From Lama glama (Eukaryota): a DNA stretch of 64,000 bases. Made by a program: the position numbers and the translations under genes. Numbering within the stretch: position 1 is the first letter of the stretch; the number at the start of each line of letters is the position of its first letter. The notes below the pieces were generated by a model. That model saw only the letters and a list, made by a program, of their open reading frames with translations, ran no database searches and was not told where the DNA came from. This document shows, piece by piece, positions 11,291-22,880 of this stretch. Where the stretch lies: contig CM052849.1 of assembly GCA_028534125.1 (NCBI GenBank), positions 372,001 to 436,000 on the forward strand, read 5' to 3'.

Positions 11291-12718
11291 GGAGGCAGCC
11301 CAGGCTCTGGGGTCAGGACGAGCGGACACTCGGAGCAGCTGAGTGGCCTCTGGGCCCTGTGCTGATGGCCTTGCCCTGGGCCCTTCCCTCCAGGTGCCGA
11401 CAGGCCCTCCTCAGTCTCAGACGGGCTGGGTTCAGCTCACTGGCCTCTCTGCACAGCCTGCTGTGCTGTCCCTCACAAGGCAGCCCCAGCCCCGCACGGC
11501 TGGCACCCCTGGAGCCGGAAGCCCCCCTCACCATCCCACACCGACAGGAAAACCCTGCGGAACTTCAGACGTCGCCCAGAGGTGCACATTTACCGTGGCT
11601 TGGATCATATCTGGGAGAAGCGCTGAGTCCCAGCCAGAGACTTGAGGAGCAGGTGACACATGTGGCTGCCCCAGCACCAGCAGGAAGCAGCACCACTTGC
11701 CCCAGACGGCTGCCAGCATCGAGTGGGAGGACTTCAGGCAGCCCAGAGAGCTCCTGGTCACCCTGTGTGCCAGGGCCATGCCACCCAGCTAGGGGTGGAT
11801 CTCAGCCCAGGGGGAGGACGGGCTCCGCCCTGGGCACTCGGATCCCACAATAGTTAGTAACTCTGTCCATTAGATTTCCCTGCTCGAGTCACTATGCTGA
11901 GGTTCTGTCCATGGGATGGACCCTGACCCACACAGCTCACTCTGTCCAGGGGCTGTTCAGGGTCATCTCCCAGCCCCCAGCCTGGCCCTGCTGCCTGCTG
12001 CCCTGCAGGAAGGGACGTCAGGCACTCTTCTTTCCCCGCTCCCAGCCTGGAATGACTTATTTCAGCCACGATGTCAGGCAGCAGTGTCCGTGGCTCTGTG
12101 TGGTGGCTCAAATCCAAGGAACTGGCTGAAATGGTTCATATCATCTCTGGTCCAGATGTGGAAACTTCCCAGGCAGCTGCACTGTGATGCACTTTGGTTG
12201 AGGGGCACATGACGGCCTCATTCTCCACGTGGATAAATGCCAAGGGACTCCCACTGGGATGCCCAGGCGAGGGAGGGGTGCCATCCAGAGCCCAGGGTCA
12301 TGGCGGGGAGGGGAACAAGACCACACCTCACCCCTCCCTGGCCTTGGCCTCCCACCTCCTCCAGCTGGTCCTCCAGCTTCTCTGACCCCCTACCCCCAAC
12401 ACGGCCCTTACTGCCCAGACTTCTCCCAGTCCACAGGCACCTGGGACCCAGCAAGAGGCATAGGCTGTGCCTGGACCCACTTCACTCCTGTCCTGCACAC
12501 ACAGCCAGCTTTAGGGGCTGAGTCTTAGTTAGCATCTTTGCACATCGACGCAGGGTCCCTGCCCCTGGGAGGAATTTCCTCCAGTGCCCACACTGAGTGA
12601 CCACTGTTGGAGAGGGCAGCGCTGGGCCCACCTGCGGGTGGTAGCAGCTCACTCTCCCGCATGCAGTGCCCACGGGGGACCAAGGACAGCAGGAAGTGGG
12701 TGCAGGGCAAGGCAGTTA

Positions 12719-12808
<90 letters not shown>

Positions 12809-14627
12809 TCACGAGGTCTGCAGGACAAAGAAACATGAGCTGATTAAGTGGAACTGCCTTCCAAGCCCACGAGGCTCCCTTGCCTGAACAGAACCACCTC
12901 GCAACGCCTGGACCCTCACTGGATGAGGGACACCACATGCTGGACACCCCACGCTCACCCATCTGCATCAACACACCTGTCAGCACTGGCCAGACCTTCC
13001 CCCGAAGCCAGTGACCTTGCCGGCCCTGGACACACATGTGAGGTGGCACGCGGGTGCTGGAGGGGTGGCAGCAGTGACACAAGCACCAGGAGTGCAGCCG
13101 GGGAGACCCCCTCACACAGGGGCCAGACAGCTGCACGGCCTGCTCCTTCCCTTGGCACAGCGCCAGCTCCAGACCCCTGGCCAGGGCCCCAGCACCTCCA
13201 GGCAGGGTGGCACCATGTCCACCTCGCCTGGGGCCACCGCAGCACCTGCCTTCCATCCCCCATGGCCCAGGGGTGCTGGGGGTGGGAGGGGACTGTGCAG
13301 TGGGGACTTGGCGCCCCCTCCCCACAAAGGCCCCACATCTGCGGGCCTTTTCCGACCGTTGAGGACCCCACCCACCTGGACCAGGGGGCAGGAGGGCGAG
13401 CTTGGGCCACAGCTCCAGTGCAGAGCTGGCACTGCAGCCGGGACACAGGCAGCAAAGAGGCTGCGCAGGGATGGCAGGGGACAGACAGATGCCCGGGGAG
13501 CACGATGGGGTACGCTCAGCACATGGCCCTGATGCCTGTGTGTGACTTTTTGTGCAGAAGTTGGGGGTGGTCCCTGAGAACCCCAAGAGCGGAGCCAGGG
13601 CCACACTGGGGACCCAGGGGCTCCATTTGAAGGGCTCCCACACTGGCAGTGCCCCTGGGTGCCGGACAAACCAGTTTTCACCTTCATCCCGGACTTCTGA
13701 GAAGTCTCACGATTAAACTCAAGGGCGAAGAGTAGGACAGTCAGAAAGAACCACAAAATGAAACAAAGCACCACAAACAAGAACGTGCACGAGTCCCCAA
13801 GCGTCCCATAACCCAGCCATACTCTGAGTGCAGGAACAAGGAACCCGGGAAGATCTGCAGGGAAGGGCCCTGATAAAGAGAGCCAGGACGTCCACCTAGC
13901 ACCCGAAAGAACCTTCAGAAACAGAAGGCACAGTAAGCACGAACTAACACTCAGCAGAGGATTTAAGAGCAGATGAGACACAGGAGATGAGACAGGTCAG
14001 CAGAACCCTCCAGAGTGCAATGCAGGGAGACAGGGTGCAGGCTGGGTGTTGCAGGCCCAGCTGTCCCATCTGCCACGTGACCAGAGTCCAGCACAGGAGG
14101 CACAGGTCCCCCACTCCCAGGGGACTGGTCTCTCCCAGACACAAGAATGCTCTGGGCAAGGCTGACCAGTGCTGTCCGTGGCAACCAGGCTGCTGAGGTC
14201 AGTGGGAGAAGTCCTGCCAGCCCACGCCTGCTGAGACCCCACTCGCCCAGAGCCCCATCAGGACAGAAGGCTGCCCCACTGGGAACACACCACTCTGGGC
14301 TGTCAGAGAAGGAGGCCACCAGGTCAGCCTAGACCTGCCACGCCCCCAACCCCCAACCCAGGCTGCATGCCTGGCCGCTGGGTGAGGCCACTGGCCGGGG
14401 GCAGCTCTGGCCACTGCTGCTCACAGACCAGATGCAGAGCCCCCACTCGGCTGCAGGACCCCCCAGTCCTAGCTGACTCTGGTGGGTGGCAGACCAGCCT
14501 TCCAAAAGGCGGTGGCAAGAAAGGCTCTGTGATGGGAAAGAAGGCCACCAAGGTCGTCTCTGGGCAGCCTGCCGCCAGAGGTGTGGGTGCAGAGCCTCGG
14601 CTGTGGCCTCGACGAAGGTGCGGTCAT

Positions 14628-14708
14628 TGGGAGGGAAGGACCAGAGGAAAGCCAGCCCCTGGGGAGGGACCATCAGGAACTGCCTTTCTCTCCAGTCCCT
14701 CGCCCCCT
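14628..14708 (-). ncRNA. MIR185: pre-miR-185 hairpin in TANGO2 intron 1 (5p 14694-14673, 3p 14660-14639)
   Basis: Reverse complement gives UGGAGAGAAAGGCAGUUCCUGA and AGGGGCUGGCUUUCCUCUGGUC; arms pair; same strand as the host gene. Confidence 0.98.
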
Positions 14709-17700
14709 ATTCGAGCCAGGCCCACTGCCCCCAGCCCTTCCTCTTCTCAGCTTCATATCCCACCATCCCACACCCTCCTTCTCCCAGGGTGCCCCCAGCC
14801 CAGCAATGCTGGGGGGATGCCCTCCACCCCAGCCCTGCCAGAGGGCTAACGGGCACCACACACTGATCTGCCAGCTGCCCACCCAGAGCCACCCCTCCTG
14901 AGTACACACCAAGGGCCTGCCCTCCCCTTCTCCTGGCCCACTTGGCCTCTCACGCTGCTGCCCGCCTGGCCACTCGATCCATCCGGCCCCTCTGTGCCCC
15001 AGCTCAAGTGCATGTCTCCTGCTGCCACAAACAGCTGCTCCAGGGACCAGTGGCCCTTCTGTGGTGGTTCCCACTCTCAGGTCATCCAAGAGCATGCTCC
15101 CGCAGTTTCGGGTGGCTGCGTGCTTCCAGATCGTCCTTAGCAAAGCACGGGAGTGCTGTAGGGTTATCGCACGCACAGGGCCCTGCTGCCCCTGTCAGGC
15201 TGTGCAGTCCGCCCTCCACACACCAGGACAGCGTAGGGCCCCAACCAGGAGAAAGCATACCACTCAGTGCTTATCTGAGGTGAGGAATAAGCAAGACTTA
15301 TGCATGGGGACAGAGCTCAGGGCAGGCCACCTGGTCCAGGGGACAAGGGGACCTGCAGGGAGACGCCTGGGGTCTGGTGTCCACACCCCCACACAGGAGG
15401 TACTTGCACCAGCCATGAAACCAGACACCTAAAACATGTGCCTTTCCAGTAGGCAAGGTTTACATCGGGAAAACCGAATTGTCCATCCAGAAAAGAGAGG
15501 AGAACATGGACAGACCCTGCCCTTCTCCCCGCGTGGCTTTGAGATGGTCCTCTGCGCCAGGGAGGTGAGGCAGGAGAGGCTGGGAGAAGAGCCGTTCCCA
15601 GGAGACTGGTCAAGAACAGGCCCAGCCCTGGTCAAAGTTCCTCATGACAGGACAGAGCACATGAGATATGCACAAGGACCCACCCACTCAGGTGAGCACC
15701 AGGCCATGAGGTGGGGGCCTGCACCCCCAGAGTACTTTCTTTGTTGAAAAGGCAAACAGGGCACCTGGACCGAGGGAGGAGACACACCGCTGGTCAGAGG
15801 CAGCAGGGAGGGCAGCGACACAGGTGAGTGAGTGGGAGCCCAGGGGCGGGGGCGATTAGCCTCCTCCAGGCTGCTCCTCGGGCAGGCGGAGGGGTGACTG
15901 AGCCCTGGAGGCTGCACCCCACTCCTGTCTGGTCTTGGGCGGAGGAGCAGGCAGGCGCCCCACCCCGCGTCCCACCCGCGCTATCATTTGCCGGCTAGGC
16001 TGTTTGGGGCCTTGGCAGAGGACGCATGGTGTCTGCCCCTTTTGAGAGTAGCCACCCCACCCTGAGGCTCCGCCCTCCTCCCCGCCCACGACTGAGGACG
16101 CAGCAATCCCCACTTTGTCGCTTGGCTTGGCGGGTAAATGGCATTTCGCCACAGCAGGCTCTCTATAGTGATACTCCTTCCTGAGCTCTTGGAGATGTTT
16201 TAGGGGCACTAATTCAGCCTCACACCAGTGTCACTGTCCCTTCAGGGTTCAAAAGGGGAACACAAGTGAGGGGCTCTGGACGCACAGAGGTCCCGCACCT
16301 CAGCCCCTCCTGGCAGGAACACAGCTTCCTCGCCGCCTCCCTCCAACACGGGGGGGGGGGGCAGTGTCTCAGATGGCCCCTGCGGCTCACGTGGTCAGAG
16401 CAGGAAGGGGGCGTCCCCACAGCCCCTCAAGGCAGGTGGAAGCAAGCACTTATAGCTGGCGTGGTCCTGAAGGCCCGGCAGGGGCACCCTGAGCACCAGT
16501 GGACACTAGGAGGTAGGCACCGGCCTTTTTACTTTTAAGGGTATATCTGTTATTTTTGCAACCTAAGAAGAAAGCTGACAGGTAAAAAAGCTGCATGGAT
16601 AGTCTGAAAGAGGAACTCAGTGGTCTAGGGGCCACCTCATTCTCACAGAGCCCCTCACCAAATGCCGAGGTCCAGACCAGCAAACTGTCCTCATGCGCCG
16701 GCTGACACGTTGCCAAAGCATAGACCCAGTTCTCACACATCTGGAGCGTCAGTGACAAGTGTGGCCCCACTTCCAGCAGCCCTGAGCCCCAGGCACACTC
16801 AGAAGCAGCACCCACGGGCAGGAGAGCAGGCACTAGGAGGTGTCTTCGAGAGCAGCCACCAGCCCAGGAGTAAGTCCACACGACACTGCGTGTCATTACA
16901 TCCAGGGTAAAACATGATCCAGTGATGGCGCACAAATACAGACGCAAAGAGTGAGGCAGCAGTAACAGCTCAGGGGCTGGGCAACAGGCCAGAACTGCCA
17001 GCCAGCAGCCTGGTCTGAGGGGCTTGCATTCTGTGGACACACCAGTAACACGAAGCCACAGGACTGGGGGACCCATGCTTTCGAAGCCAATGGTCAGGGG
17101 TCCAAGAGGGTGGGAGTACCAAAGCAACATGCTCCACCCACTGGGAGCCCTGAGAACCTGGGGAGAGGGGAACAGAGGCTCTGCTGTGTCCACCTGCCAA
17201 CACAGCCACCCTCTCTGGCAGCCCCACCCCACCCAACAGGTCATCTGAGGCAGGAAGGCTCCTGGCAGAGGGGACCCGGAAGAAAGGGCCAGCTCTGGCT
17301 CTAAGTGACCTTGGGAACACCATCTGCTCCACAGTGTTCTTCACTGATAATGATGTCTGGCCAACAAACACTTGCCACAAAAGTCTGCCCAGAGGATGAA
17401 AGAGCCAGTGGCAGAGAGCACTTCCCAAGAGCTACCAGCTGCAGGCGCCCCTCACAGCTGCCATCACTGCAGGGCTGCCTAGTGCAAACAGCTGCAGCAA
17501 AACACCAGCAGGCAGGTCCGCAGCAGGACAGCAGGGAGGCCTGGCTGATCATGCGACATCCCTGGTGGAGGAGAGACTGGAGCCTGATGTTCAGGGACCG
17601 GTCCAAGGGCAGAAGGCCCACACCAAAGCTGTGGCCCAGAGGTAAGTGCGGGAGCTCCTGGGGTGGGAAGGGGTGTTAAAGCCCAGCGGCTCCAAGGCTT

Positions 17701-18180
17701 TGGCTTGGGTGCAGCCCTGCCCAGCCCCCTCCCCTGATGCCCTGGGGGTAGGTCTGACCACCTCAGCTACCCCAGGAAGGCCGTGTCCAGGCGCACGGAT
17801 GACCTGGCACTTGCTGCACCCTGGGACAGACATCAGCTGTCGCCCGCAGCAGGGCGCACGGAGGGAGCAGCGTGACTCAGGGCTCCAGAGCCGACCTACC
17901 CGTAGCCTACCGACCCTCGCCTGGCGACGACCGCGCAGCTCCGGGCTCGCAGGGCTGCCCCCCGAGGGACATCGGCCCTGCCTGCGGGGGCCCGCGCCCC
18001 ACTCCATCGGGGACACTGGAAACACCTTTCAGGAACGCGAAGAACGCTTCCTCTGCCGGGGTGGGCTTGGTCTCGCCGGACCGGCCGCTGGACGTGTATT
18101 CCCCACTTCGAGAACGGGATACTGAAGCAGGGCGGGAGACGCATCCGCTTCCCAAGTCCGAGCCCCGCGACTAAGCCCCA

Positions 18181-18280
18181 TGCCCGGAGTCCGCGCCCCG
18201 CACCCCGAGTCCGCACCCCGAGCCTTGAGTCTGAGCCCCGCTTCCAGAGTCCGCGCCCCAAGCGCCGAGCTCTGAGCCCG
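18181..18280. repeat. Degenerate 20-bp minisatellite, 5 units (core GAGTCCGCGCCCCG)
   Basis: Core starts at 18187, 18207, 18227, 18247, 18267. Confidence 0.75.
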
Positions 18281-18345
18281 CCGAGAGCGCAGCCTGCCAA
18301 CAGCGCAGTCCGCCGCCCGCCTGCCGCCCCCCGCCGCGAACTCAC

Positions 18346-18400
18346 CGCCTCCGCCGCCGCGGCCGACTTCCGGGTGCCGCGCCCGCGCGCTGCTGCCACC
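18346..18400 (-). other. TANGO2: TANGO2 non-coding exon 1 (5' end approximate)
   Basis: Strong donor GCG|gtgagt at 18346/18345 just downstream of the ETS and GC boxes. Confidence 0.75.
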
Positions 18401-19162
18401 GCCCATGCCCCGCCCCCCGCAGTCTGAGCGCTCGCCATTGGGTCGCGCGGCGGGGGGCGGGGCTGGGCGCCGCGAGCCAGGACTCTTTTGGCCGCTCGCG
18501 CCGTCGCTCGGGGCTGCACCTCCCTACGCTCCGCCCCCGGGGCTGCGCCAAGCTGCTGACTCCGCCGTGTGACCCCCAGCGGCCTTCTCAGCCTGCCCCG
18601 CTGACAGGGACGCCAGCCTCGGGCCCTACCCTCGCAGACACGTCACCTGCTGGCCCAGAGACTCGCGCTGCAAGGGGCCCTGCTGGGGGCTCTGCAGGGA
18701 TACTCACGTCCGGACCCGCCTGCAGGTCCGTGACGAGCCCTGCTCGCCCCTCCCTGTCCGCCCAGTCGGTGCTTCTGGACTGGCCATCTTCTTCATTGCA
18801 GTCCTGACCCCTGACATCCCTGCCGCGCTCATGGCAGACCCTGGACCTGCCACCACAGCCTTTAACTCTCCTCGAGGCTGTTCTGCAGGTCTGGCCCCCA
18901 GCATGGAGGGCTGCTGGCCAAATCTGCACCAGGCTGCAAGTGAGCAGGAAGCTGGGAAGGAGCACTGACCTGGGCCCTCGCAACAGGGCAGGCATTCCCT
19001 GGGCTGTATCTGGGGCCTTGAGTGCAGGGAAAGTGGAGAGTCAGAGGCCCAGAGCTTGCTCCAAAGTGGGCCCTCAGTAGACCATGACAAGAGTGACAGT
19101 TTCATTAAGGTTAATAACAAGGTGCTAAGGGCTCTAAACTCAGTGTTCCTGGACACAGCTCA

Positions 19163-19262
19163 TTCGTCTCATTTTACAGATGCAAACACTGAGGCCCAGA
19201 ACAGTTAGGTGTATCACTTGCTTGAAGTCAAAAAAAGGTGGCAAGTGGCAGTGGCTGAATTA
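19163..19262 (-). mobile_element. MIR SINE fragment
   Basis: MIR core cattttacagatgcaaacactgaggcccaga. Confidence 0.75.
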
Positions 19263-21567
19263 GCTCCACAGCCCTGCGTTGAGGACGTAGGTGCCCTGAT
19301 CCTGACTTGGAGCGCTGACACCCTGTGAAAACTGGGGCTTCGGCAGAGCAAGGGCCTGGCTGGTAGTCAGCACAGGCAACAGCCAAACTCAGACCCGTTT
19401 GACACCCCCAAAGGCCCGTCCCACCCCACTCTTTCGCCACATCTCTGTGTTCCTCCCAGAACTCAACATAAGCCCTTTGCAGACACAGAAGTCAGGGACC
19501 CTCAATGCCCAAGGACTCAAGGACAACAGGCAGCAGACCCAGCAAGACACACAGTCCTCCCTCCTGCTACCTGGCAACAGAGTCGTGCAGGGTGGGTGCC
19601 AGTGATTTCCCTCTGGGCGGCTGGACCATGCAGTCCAACCAAGAGGTGGTAGTGTTGGATAAGCAGGACCTGGGGCTAGAGGTGAGTGACCACATCCTGT
19701 GGTATGGGGCAGCAGCTGCAGAGTGGTCTGCCCCAAAGACTGGGCCACATGCCTTAGAGAGGTGGAACACAGATTAGCCAAGCCCTTGAGAGCAGTCTTT
19801 TCCATTGCCTGCATGGGGGTGGGAGAGGGGGGGATGCAGTCACACATGGCTTGGATGGAAGTGTAAATCCCACTCTGCTATAGGCTACTGAGATAGGGCG
19901 GGATGGGGTCTCGGGGCTGCATGGGGTTCACTGCCACACTACCTCTAATTACATACATCCTTAGATGGAGAGTTCATTACCTTGTGCAGTCACCCTTTTG
20001 ATTTCTGAGCATCTGCAACTGTTGGAAAGTTCTTTCTGACATCCAGGTGAAACCTTTTTCTCCCTGTGTCTTTAGTTACATACCTCAGACCCTACAGAGT
20101 TGGCCAGAAGCCAGGTGGAGAGGTGCGAGAGAGGGAGGAGACCGGGCTACTGGTCCCTGCAGCAGTGGACTAGTGATAGAGGCCATCTCCCCTGCAATCT
20201 GACTGTTTCAACCCCCATTTGCAGCCTGGGTCATGGTGGATCCACTGCCAGACAGAGGCCCTGAGTCCTCTTGGAACTGGCATTGCCCACCCTGATCCTC
20301 CGAATGCACCCGGTAATCCAGCTTGATGGGTAGACAGGTGTCTGGAGCCCTGTCAGGAGAGGTGGGGGGAGGGAGGCAGTCCTCAGCTGGGCCGATTCGG
20401 GTGCACAATTCTCTACCCCCTTTGCTCTCCAGCAGAGGTATGTGCAGCCCCTTTTGCCACCATCAGCAAGTGTGTGGGGAAGTGATGCTGGACCATAAGG
20501 TCATTGTGAGAGGAGGGGTTCAGGAGGACCAGGGCCCTTGGAAGGATCCACAGGGACCACTGGGCTAATTAAGTCTTCTTCTAAATATAGAAAAGAGAAC
20601 CCCCACCCCAGTCCACATGGCAGCTGGGCCAGAAGGTCCCCTATGGTGCAGTTTCCGCAAGACAAGACCTAGAGAGTGACCCTTCATTACACCCACCCAG
20701 AGCTTTGAGCAACATCTCTGTGCCAGGGTGCCAAATGGCTGTCACTTCCAGTGCTACTGACACCTCCAGTGCCAATTCCAGCCAGTTAGCTGTGGCTGCC
20801 GGGCACTGAATGACTGCTGGGGCTGATTTGCCACATATGCCAGGGCACAGGTGGTACCAGTGGTGAGTTCCGGCCGAAAATCATTTCCTTTTCTTTGTTC
20901 TGACCAAGCAACTACTGGGTGAACACACTGGACTCCTGACATGGGTGGATAAAACATGCATATCTGGTCCCCTCTGTTAGCACTAATGTGGGTGGTATGG
21001 TTCTGGGGAAAACGATGAGCCAAGGATCATCTGGTCAGGCAGGGCCAGGAAAGGCTGAGAACCGTGCATGAGCCAGGGTCCCTAGTCAGGGACCCCCTGA
21101 AACAAACCCCAATGGGCAGCATCCCCACTGGTGGCCTCACCCCCCCAAAGTTAAATGGAGCTGGCCTAGGTTTCTAGTCCCATTTGTGGTTATGGGTGTG
21201 CCCTGTATCATCACAGGGACCAAGTGGCTACTCTCCACCAAGCAGGAAAATGCAAATTGTGCTGAATTCAACTTGGGTGGCTGAGCCTCACAGTGATCCC
21301 ACATCCCCACAGGTAGGGTGGAGGAAGGGAACCCCATGAAGGAGGGGGACAATGAATGCACAAACTCCCCCTCCCCCCAGGCCCAGATCTGTGGCCATGC
21401 CATGAGCCCTATGAAGGCCAGTCCCCTGGGCCCTGCAGAGGGTCTGCAGATTCAGGCCTGATAGGGGAGGAAAGCCGTTGGTCATGGAGGGGTCCCTTTC
21501 TACTCCTGGAAACACTGCTGACCCCACCCACGTGGGCCTCCACTGGGGAAAACTTGGGGCGATGAGG

Positions 21568-21690
21568 GTAGAAGGGCTCCCAGGCTCGGGAGTCAGATGG
21601 ACTGGGTTCGAGTCCCGGTGACCTAGAGCAAGCGAGAACGTCTCTGGGCCTCGATTTCCCGTCTGTAAAATGGGAGAACAGCAGAACACT
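21568..21690 (+). mobile_element. MIR SINE fragment at the CpG-island edge
   Basis: gagtcagatggactgggttcgagtccc...gcctcgatttcccgtctgtaaaatggg. Confidence 0.75.
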
Positions 21691-22880
21691 CCGTATTGTA
21701 GGAAATAGCATTGATGTCGACGGGAGGGCGCGGCCAACAGCAGTCTCTGGAGAAGGATACCTACGAACTCGGGGTGGTGATGGAGGGAACGCGGCCTGAT
21801 CCCTCCCTGCCCGGGCCGTACAGTCCGGGGACTTCCTCGAAGGCGGCCCGTAGAGGGTGGCCCTCCCTGGCCGCCGCCGCCGCAGCGGTCCCGGCAGGTG
21901 CCTGGGGCCTCCGCCACTCCACGAGGGGCCGTCTTCAGCCGAGACGGACACTCCGAGGGCCCAATGGCAAGCCGGCGTCTCCTCGCACCCGTCCAATCGG
22001 CGCCGGTTGCCGGGTCTTCCGACCAATGGGAACACTGGTAGCGATGGGGCGGGACGAGGGTCGTGGTGCCGGCAGGCCCGCTTTGCGCACGGGCCGCGCA
22101 AGGGGCGGAGGGCGGGCTGGGGCTGCCGAGGGTGCGGGCTCCGCACCCGCGCGAGCGAGGTCCCCGGACAGCCACCGGCGCCCACCTGGGGACGCTGTGA
22201 GCCGAGGGACTCGGGGACGCCCGTCTGGGTCGGGAGCCGCGCTGCGGAGCCGCCCACGCCGCGCTCCAGGTAGGCTCGGGCTGGGGACCGGGGTCGGGGT
22301 CCCGCCCGGGATCGGGACTGCAGGCCAGGCAGGGGCCGGAGGCGAGGTCCGGGCTGGAGTCGGGTCCCAGGGTCCTGCCTGGCCCTGCCCCACCCGCACC
22401 TTACCCGCGTCGCGGTGCGCGGACCCCAGACTGGCGGGGGCGGGTCCCTTTGTGCGCGGCCTCGGGTCCTGTCTGACCGGTTGTGCGCCCCGCTCCGCGC
22501 ACCCCTCCAGTCTCGGCCTGGCCGAAGTCGTGTCCGCCCCGCTCGACCGGGCATCTCGAGCCAGGGCTGCGCAGCCACAGAAACTTTCCTTTGGCCAGAG
22601 GGACCCCGGGCGGGGGAACTTTGCTGGGGCGACGCGCCGCCGGGAAGCGCGGGCCTGGCCCAGCCGAAGGGATGTCGCTGGGCTGCGCTGCTCCCACCGC
22701 CCAGGGGACAAGGGATGAGACGCTGCCTAGCGTCCCTGCCCGGAACCTCAACCTGGGTACTTGTCCCCCGGCACCCCGTCGGTGGGCCCCTGGCCGAGGT
22801 GCATCCCCACTACTTGGAGTGGAAATCGGCCCGGATTTGCTGCGGTGTCACCGCGGGCGGGCGGCTGGAGATCCCCAGTT
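21650..22880. promoter_or_regulatory. ARVCF: CpG-island promoter of ARVCF, probably bidirectional with an upstream TANGO2 start
   Basis: Dense CpG; CCAAT at 21961, 21993, 22023; GC boxes near 22045-22120; head-to-head gene arrangement. Confidence 0.85.
22140..22269 (+). other. ARVCF: ARVCF non-coding exon 1 (5' end approximate)
   Basis: Donor CAG|gtaggc at 22269/22270 downstream of the CCAAT and GC boxes. Confidence 0.7.

Larger units (their letters stand above)
17850..18750 (-). promoter_or_regulatory. TANGO2: CpG-island promoter of TANGO2
   Basis: Dense CpG; ETS motif CCGGAAGT (18373-18366), CCAAT on the minus strand (18441-18437), several GC boxes. Confidence 0.85.

Noticed and set aside
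13690-14000. A-rich patch, possibly ancient L1/HAL1
   Set aside because: Too decayed to assign without an alignment.
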